Assembly (NCBI GenBank): GCA_963769215.1
Contig: CAVYKX010000029.1
Coordinates: 34,058 to 98,057 of the forward strand
Direction of reading: 5' to 3'
Length of the DNA stretch: 64,000 nt
Source of the DNA: Candidatus Sulfomarinibacteraceae bacterium
GTDB taxonomy: Bacteria > Acidobacteriota > Thermoanaerobaculia > Thermoanaerobaculales > Sulfomarinibacteraceae
In this document: piece by piece, positions 58,471 to 64,000 of the stretch
How the letters are laid out: the number at the start of each line of letters is the position of its first letter
Position numbering within the stretch: position 1 is the first letter of the stretch
Notes under the pieces: generated by a model
Database searches by the model: none
What the model was told of the DNA's origin: nothing
Seen by the model: the letters and a program-made list of their open reading frames with translations, nothing else
Translations under genes and position numbers: made by a program

Positions 58471-60239
58471 CCGCTCCAACCGTCGCATCTTGGCTGCTCA
58501 CCTATCTCATCCACAGCACGGTCCTGCTCGGCGCGGCCTGGCTCGTCTCGCGCACTCTCGGAGATCGTCACCTCCAGTTGCAGGAGTCACTCCTCCGGTT
58601 TGCCTTGATGGGCGGTCTCCTCACCACGACTCTACAATTGGGGCTCGGCGTCCAACCTCTGGCCGGCGCTTTCTCGATCGAGTCATCAGTATCTCGCACG
58701 TCATCAGCTGTCCCGGCAGTGGTCACGAACGGCCCCATCTCCATCGACGCCGGTCCTCAGATCCCGGTTCCCGGCACCAATATCACGTGGGCAGTCGCCC
58801 TCCTCGCGACCTGGTGCCTGGGTTCGTTGCTCGCATTGCTCGCCCTCAGCCGATCCATCTTCGATCTCAGGCTTCTACTACACACACGCCGTTTTCAGCC
58901 CACCGGCCGGATTGTCGAGCGCCTCGCCACCGCCATGGGTCTACGCCGCGAGGTTCGGCTGAGTACCTCCAAAGCGATCGCCATACCCTTTGCCACCGGC
59001 ATCAGACAGCCGGAGATTTGCTGTCCCGAACGGGTGTGCGAGCTCGCAACCGAGCACCAGACCAGTCTCTTCGCACACGAGCTGGCTCACATCGCCCGCT
59101 GCGACCCCGCATGGCAGCTGTCCTACCGCATCGGCGAAGCCATCATGTGCCTGCAACCACTCAACAAATTGGTGCGTCGGCGGCTCGAAGAAATCGCCGA
59201 GCACCTGACCGACGAGCGCGCCGTTTCCTGCACTGGCAACCGGCTCGGCCTCGCGCGGTGTCTCGTCGTGCTCGCTCACTGGGGCACATCGCACAGGTTG
59301 GGCGTTCCGGCCGCGGCCCTCGCCGCCGGCCCTCGTCTGGATCGAAGAGTCAGCAGATTACTGGAGGGAAGAATGGACGCAATGAAACCGTCACGGTGGT
59401 TGACACCCATTTTCGTATGTCTCCTTGGCGGAGCGGCTCTAATTCTGCCCGCGGTCGCCTCGGATTCCGCTGACTCCACAACTGTGATCGGGGAAAAAAC
59501 CTGGTCGACCACCGAAGACTCGCCCGCCAACGCACCCGCGGCGCCCGAACAGCCCGGGCCACCGCCAGCGCGCGCTCCAGAGACCCCGCCCGCAGCGCCC
59601 GAGCCGGAAGCCGTGCCGGCACCCGCAGCCATTCCGGACCAGGAGGCATTACCGCAACCTGCTGCCGCGCCTGCCCCATCTGCTGAGCCGGCGCCCGTTA
59701 CCCAACCCGTGCAGCCCGCGCCATCGGCTCCCGAGACTCCGCCGTCATCGGAGGAGGAAGTTCGCGAACGGCACGCCCGTGAGCGTGCCGAGCGCGCCGC
59801 CGAGGCTCGAGAACGAGCCGAGGAGCGTTTCCGGTGCGGGGCGGAAGAGGCTGCCCGACGCTCCGAACTTGCGCGCCGGCGCGCGGAGGAAACCGCCCAC
59901 AGAGCACAGATGTCGGACGAGCGGCGCCGGGAGATCGAAGAGCGGGTGGTCCGGATGCAAGCTGAAGCCGAATTCAGGGCGCAGGAGCGCGCGTACCGCA
60001 TGCACGAAGAAAGGCAGGCGGATCTTGGGCGGATCGAAGCCAGAGAGAGGCGGATTCAAGAACGCGCGGAGGCCCTGGCCAGGGATGCCGAAAAACGGTC
60101 GGCGGAAGCCCGCGTGAGAGCCGAGGACCGCGCCATCTCGATAGAAGCACAGGCTCGCGCCATGGCTGAACAGGCACGAAGGTTGGCCGAAGAAACCGAA
60201 CGGCAGGCCCTCGAAAAGCGCAATCAGAAACAGGACTGA
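58467..60239 (+). CDS. BlaR1/M56-family membrane metalloprotease-like signal transducer with Pro/Ala-rich linker and Arg/Glu-rich C-terminal region
   Basis: N-terminal TM segments, HELAH zinc motif (HELAHIARCD), further TM. PAPEQPGPPPARAPETPPAAPEPEAVPAPAA.. is followed by about 170 aa of ER-rich predicted coiled coil. No penicillin-binding sensor domain was recognised. Confidence 0.75.
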   Translation: MTAPTVASWLLTYLIHSTVLLGAAWLVSRTLGDRHLQLQESLLRFALMGGLLTTTLQLGLGVQPLAGAFSIESSVSRTSSAVPAVVTNGPISIDAGPQIPVPGTNITWAVALLATWCLGSLLALLALSRSIFDLRLLLHTRRFQPTGRIVERLATAMGLRREVRLSTSKAIAIPFATGIRQPEICCPERVCELATEHQTSLFAHELAHIARCDPAWQLSYRIGEAIMCLQPLNKLVRRRLEEIAEHLTDERAVSCTGNRLGLARCLVVLAHWGTSHRLGVPAAALAAGPRLDRRVSRLLEGRMDAMKPSRWLTPIFVCLLGGAALILPAVASDSADSTTVIGEKTWSTTEDSPANAPAAPEQPGPPPARAPETPPAAPEPEAVPAPAAIPDQEALPQPAAAPAPSAEPAPVTQPVQPAPSAPETPPSSEEEVRERHARERAERAAEARERAEERFRCGAEEAARRSELARRRAEETAHRAQMSDERRREIEERVVRMQAEAEFRAQERAYRMHEERQADLGRIEARERRIQERAEALARDAEKRSAEARVRAEDRAISIEAQARAMAEQARRLAEETERQALEKRNQKQD

Positions 60240-62159
60240 TTACGAAAACAGGGCATAGGTGATCCGGCCGGCAACACTGACGACGACCGCGACTGCGAAC
60301 GAAAACGCGACGATCCAGCCCGTGTCCTTCCAACCGAGTTCCTTCGCGATCACGGCGATGGTCGCCACGCACGGAACGTAGAACACCACGAAGAGGGTGA
60401 AGGTCAGCATCTGGCCGGTCGTCATGACGGTGTGCAGGTGGGTCGTTCCCAATGCCTGGACCAGCATGACCAGCGTCAGCTCTTTGCGAAGAATCCCGAA
60501 GACCAACGTCATTCCAACCGCCGCCGGCAACCCGAGGAGGAAGACCGTGAGCGGTGACAGCAGAGCGTTGACGGAATCGGCGGCATCGGCCCACTCGAGC
60601 AGTCCGAGCACCACCGACGAGGCTACCAGCAGCGGCCATGCGATGGTGATGAACTCCTTTAATGTCAGCCAGGTCTTTGCCAGCAAGGTCTTCAGACTCG
60701 GCAGCTGAAGCTCCGGAATCTCGAGAATCAGCCCGGGCGATGCCCCCTTCATGGTTCGCGCGAGGACATTGCCGAGAAACACGACAATTACCAGGTTGAG
60801 AATGTAGATGGCCATCGCCCACCACGGCCCCATATAGGCGGCCACCAGACCGAAAATCACGATGGTGCGCGCCGAGCAGGGTATGAATGATGCGAGGATC
60901 GCCGTGATCCTCCGGTCACGCACGGATGGCAGGATCCTGGCAGACATGATGGCGGGCACCGAGCAGCCATACCCGAGAATCAACGGCAGCACCGATTTGC
61001 CGTGAAGACCGATACGGTGCATGAAGTTATCCAGAATGTACGCCATTCTCGGCAGGTACCCGGTGTCTTCGAGAACCGCCAACCCGAGCAGAAAGGGCAG
61101 GAGATAAGGCAGCACGATGGCGACGCCGCCGGCGATTCCGGTCAAGGCTCCACTCGCGAGAGTCCCGATCAACGTATCCGGTGGCAGCCGTTCGGCGAGG
61201 CCTGCACCCAGTTGGGTCGCCAGCTCCACCAGGGGCATTTCGAGTTTCTGACCGACCCGGAAGACCAGCCAGAACAGCAACCCCAGAATCATCACCATGA
61301 CCGGACCACCGGTCCACGGATGGAGGAGAATCCGATCCGCCCACTCCCGCCACCCGAGCTGCGGCCGGCCCATGGTGACCGCCTGTTCTTCGATACAGTG
61401 GGCGACCGCGTGGCGGCTGCCAGAGATCACCTGGTCGGCACTCCACCCGTGGGCCTTCTGCAGCACCGCCGCCACCCCGCGCACCTTGCGCTTGAAGTCC
61501 GGGTGATCGGTGTACACCAGATACTCGAAGTGGGAATCACGCTCGAGCAGTTTTTCGGCCGCAAAGCGGCGAGGCACGCCGGTCTCGATACCCCGCTCCT
61601 TGAGAAGATCGACGATCTGCCCCGCCGCCTCCTCGACCTCTCGGTCGAGGGTCACGCCAAGGGCCGCCTCGCCCATGTGTGCGTGCTGCAAAGCGACGCG
61701 AAAAAGCTCCTTCAACCCGAGGCCACGCCGTCCGACGGTCGGTACGACAGGCACACCGAGGTCCCGCGAAAGGGCTCCGTGATCGACCTCCATGCCACTG
61801 CGGGTCGCCTCGTCCATCATGTTCAGCGCAATGATCATCGGCCGTTCCAACTCGAGGAGTTGAAGGGTCAACTCGAGCGAACGCCCGAGCCGGCTCGCAT
61901 CCATCACGTTGATAATGAGGTCGTAGTCCTCTTCCAGGAGGTAGGCTTCCGCCGTTCCCGCCTTCGCCTTGGACGACGTGAGCGAATACAGGCCGGGGAG
62001 ATCCACGACCTCCACCTCGCGGCCGAGGATCAGCGATTTGCTGACGGTGAAGGAAACGGACGATCCGGGGAAATTGGCCGTGGCCGATTTGTAGCCTGCA
62101 ATGGAGTTGAAGATGGTGCTCTTGCCGGAGTTCGGCTGCCCGGCGAGGACAAACCTCAT
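60240..62159 (-). CDS. feoB: ferrous iron transporter FeoB
   Basis: 639 aa. G-domain GQPNSGKSTIFN, DLPGLYSL, NMMD, followed by a polytopic membrane domain. Confidence 0.9.
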   Translation of the reverse strand: MRFVLAGQPNSGKSTIFNSIAGYKSATANFPGSSVSFTVSKSLILGREVEVVDLPGLYSLTSSKAKAGTAEAYLLEEDYDLIINVMDASRLGRSLELTLQLLELERPMIIALNMMDEATRSGMEVDHGALSRDLGVPVVPTVGRRGLGLKELFRVALQHAHMGEAALGVTLDREVEEAAGQIVDLLKERGIETGVPRRFAAEKLLERDSHFEYLVYTDHPDFKRKVRGVAAVLQKAHGWSADQVISGSRHAVAHCIEEQAVTMGRPQLGWREWADRILLHPWTGGPVMVMILGLLFWLVFRVGQKLEMPLVELATQLGAGLAERLPPDTLIGTLASGALTGIAGGVAIVLPYLLPFLLGLAVLEDTGYLPRMAYILDNFMHRIGLHGKSVLPLILGYGCSVPAIMSARILPSVRDRRITAILASFIPCSARTIVIFGLVAAYMGPWWAMAIYILNLVIVVFLGNVLARTMKGASPGLILEIPELQLPSLKTLLAKTWLTLKEFITIAWPLLVASSVVLGLLEWADAADSVNALLSPLTVFLLGLPAAVGMTLVFGILRKELTLVMLVQALGTTHLHTVMTTGQMLTFTLFVVFYVPCVATIAVIAKELGWKDTGWIVAFSFAVAVVVSVAGRITYALFS

Positions 62160-62437
62160 CGCTGTTCGGCCGGCGATTCCGGGGCCTGTCGCACCAGCGG
62201 CTCCAGGTTGCCGTCACTGTCGACCTGGATCTTGGAGGCAATTCCGCGGCCGAGGGCAAGCCGCGTGCCGTTGATCTCCACCAAAACGGGACCGCGAAAC
62301 GGTGCTCGCTCGACGACCGTCAGCCAATCACCGATGTGAATGCCGAGGGTATTGAGGTGCGTCCGAACGCGATGGCCGCCATCGATCAGGATCACGCGAA
62401 CCTGACGTCTGATACCGACTGTGTCGAGGGCCATCAT
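62156..62437 (-). CDS. feoA: FeoA-family small protein
   Basis: SH3-like FeoA pattern (RVILIDGG....HLNTLGIHIGDWLTVVERAPFRGPVLVEINGTRLALGRGIASKI). There is a 4 nt overlap with feoB. Start at Met23 of the ORF, with GGAGGAGG upstream. Confidence 0.8.
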   Translation of the reverse strand: MMALDTVGIRRQVRVILIDGGHRVRTHLNTLGIHIGDWLTVVERAPFRGPVLVEINGTRLALGRGIASKIQVDSDGNLEPLVRQAPESPAEQR

Positions 62438-62636
62438 GAGGCGCCGCCTCCTCCAAGAGTTGAATGTTATCCGATTGTGATTGAAATTGCGAACAATATG
62501 CAACGTTCCGGTTAGTGATTTTCCTCGAGTACTTTAGCCCTCTCCCGGAAGGCTCAACAGGCACATATGTCATTGCAGGATCTCGACACAAATCGAGATT
62601 CAGGATCGTGCCCACCACAACTCTCGACCACATTCC

Positions 62637-63096
62637 AGGATTTCGGATTTCGGATTTCGGATTTCCACCCACCCGCCCCCGGAGGAACCACAGAGACACA
62701 GAGGGCACGGAGAGAATCACAGAGATCATCTTGACCGTTGTCCTGGAATCCCCCGGTAAAAACTCTGGCGTCAGGCTCCAGGTGGGAAGCTCGTCTGCAG
62801 AACAGCGCATTGATCGGACGTGCCGTCCTTGACGATTTTGGGAGTACCAGCTTCCAAGTCGGGAGCGCATTGGGTCCATAAGATCGTCAAGGGGGGTCAA
62901 ACCGCCGGTGGCTGCGATCTGCGGCCCAGGATTTGTCTTCAGACGAATCCATGGGACGCCCGCAGGCGACGGTGCTTCACGGCGGCCAAAGGCCGCCGGT
63001 AATCACGCGGTGTCGCGTTCGCAAAAGAGCGCGACCAACCGTGGAGCGCCAAGCCATCGATCTCGGCCGTCGGGAACGGGATCGGGATCGGGTTCG
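62637..63096 (+). repeat. mosaic intergenic element, full copy E4 (V2 inverted-repeat subfamily)
   Basis: (GGATTTC)4, C-box CCACCCACCCGCCCCC, CACAGAG-type short repeats, GGGAAGCTCG..CAGAACAGCGC, V2 arms ccttgacgat (62827-62836) and atcgtcaagg (62883-62892), CAAAAGAGCGCGACCAAC..GGAGCGCCAAGC tail, (GGGATC) repeats 63070-63096. Confidence 0.85.
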
Positions 63097-63128
63097 GACG
63101 GGTTTACAATGACCCTCCGGAGGATGAG

Positions 63129-64000
63129 ATGAGCGAAGCCGTACTCACTGTCGAACTGACCGAGCTACCGGAGACCAAGGAATTCGAGCCGGGGATCCGA
63201 CGCGCGCCGAACCGTGGTTACGAACTCAACCGGCGCGACACAATCGTGGCGCTCAAAAACGCCCTGCGCTACATCCCGTCGGAGCATCACGAGATCGTCG
63301 CGCCCGAGTTCCTCGAAGAGCTGCGCACCATGGGCCGGATCTACGGCTATCGCTACCGGCCGGCCGGGCGGCTGTCGGGAAGGCCAATCGACAGCTACAT
63401 CGGACGCATCACCGAAGCCAAGGCGATGCAGGTGATGATCGAAAACAATCTCGATTTCGACGTGGCTCTGTATCCGTATGAGCTGGTCACCTACGGCGAG
63501 TCGGGCCAGGTCTGCCAGAACTGGATGCAATATCTGCTGATCAAACGCTACCTGGAGATCATGGACCACAACCAGACCCTGGTGGTCAGCTCGGGCCACC
63601 CTCTCGGCCTCTTCCCCTCCCGCCCCGAAGCACCCCGCGCCATCATCACCAACGGGCTGATGGTCGGGATGTTCGATACTCCCGAGGATTTCCAACGCCT
63701 CGCCGCTCTCGGCTGCGTCAACTACGGCCAGATGACCGCCGGCGGCTGGATGTACATCGGGCCCCAGGGCATCGTCCACGGCACCTACATCACGCTCCTC
63801 AACGCGGGACGTCTCTACCTCGGCGTACCCGAAGACGGCAATCTTGCCGGCAAGACCTTCGTCACCTCCGGTCTCGGTGGCATGTCGGGCGCACAACCCA
63901 AGGCACTGGAGATCTCCGGTGGCGCCGGTATCGTCGCCGAGGTCGATCCCTCGCGAGTGGAAACCCGACACTCGCAGGGCTGGGTGTCCAAGGTCAGCGA
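63129..64000 (+). CDS. hutU: urocanate hydratase, N-terminal about 290 aa (3' end outside window)
   Basis: My own translation from ATG 63129 is stop-free to the window end: ..YELVTYGESGQVCQNWMQY..TLVVSSGHPLGLF..YGQMTAGGWMYIGPQGIVHGTY..SGLGGMSGAQP. It is absent from the ORF track because no stop is reached. The listed antisense ORF 63165-63971 is rejected. Confidence 0.85.
   Translation, partial: MSEAVLTVELTELPETKEFEPGIRRAPNRGYELNRRDTIVALKNALRYIPSEHHEIVAPEFLEELRTMGRIYGYRYRPAGRLSGRPIDSYIGRITEAKAMQVMIENNLDFDVALYPYELVTYGESGQVCQNWMQYLLIKRYLEIMDHNQTLVVSSGHPLGLFPSRPEAPRAIITNGLMVGMFDTPEDFQRLAALGCVNYGQMTAGGWMYIGPQGIVHGTYITLLNAGRLYLGVPEDGNLAGKTFVTSGLGGMSGAQPKALEISGGAGIVAEVDPSRVETRHSQGWVSKVS

Noticed and set aside
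62438-62520. Fur box upstream of feoA
   Set aside because: Only weak partial matches (GATAACATT; outer ATTG/CAAT symmetry) to the 19 bp GATAATGATAATCATTATC consensus. This is not convincing without a lineage-specific Fur motif.

Overview
GC-rich bacterial chromosomal segment, probably from an uncultured lineage or MAG; I cannot assign taxonomy from the sequence. Content is mainly housekeeping and signalling genes. These include an ADP-forming acetyl-CoA synthetase fragment with a Na+/solute symporter, murA, rnd, kbl, mtnA and arfB. The phoH-pgpH-ybeY-corC-era cluster is present, as is a complete Na+-NQR locus (nqrABCDEF-apbE-nqrM). Also present are pepA, dus, pckA, mtaB, mutS, nagZ, queC, blaI/blaR1-like, feoAB and an edge-truncated hutU. 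Several c-di-GMP and two-component genes occur, plus a PilT-like ATPase next to mgtE. No rRNA, tRNA, CRISPR array, transposase or recognisable defence genes were seen. Three things stand out. (1) A TlpA-like thioredoxin-fold lipoprotein has an in-frame TGA exactly at the first Cys of its CXXC motif, followed by a hairpin at SECIS distance, so it is a candidate selenoprotein. (2) Almost every intergenic region carries mosaic non-coding elements. They combine CCCACCC/GGGTGGG boxes, 7-10 nt microsatellites whose unit sequence differs by locus, and a roughly 130 bp inverted-repeat module in two sequence subfamilies. Some of them supply start or stop regions of adjacent ORFs. (3) Two blocks of about 5-6 kb (18.6-23.5 kb and 37.7-43.4 kb) and a few isolated genes carry many single-base frame disruptions in highly conserved genes, while flanking genes are intact. 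This is most simply local consensus error, but it needs read-level checking. Gene boundaries inside those blocks are approximate.
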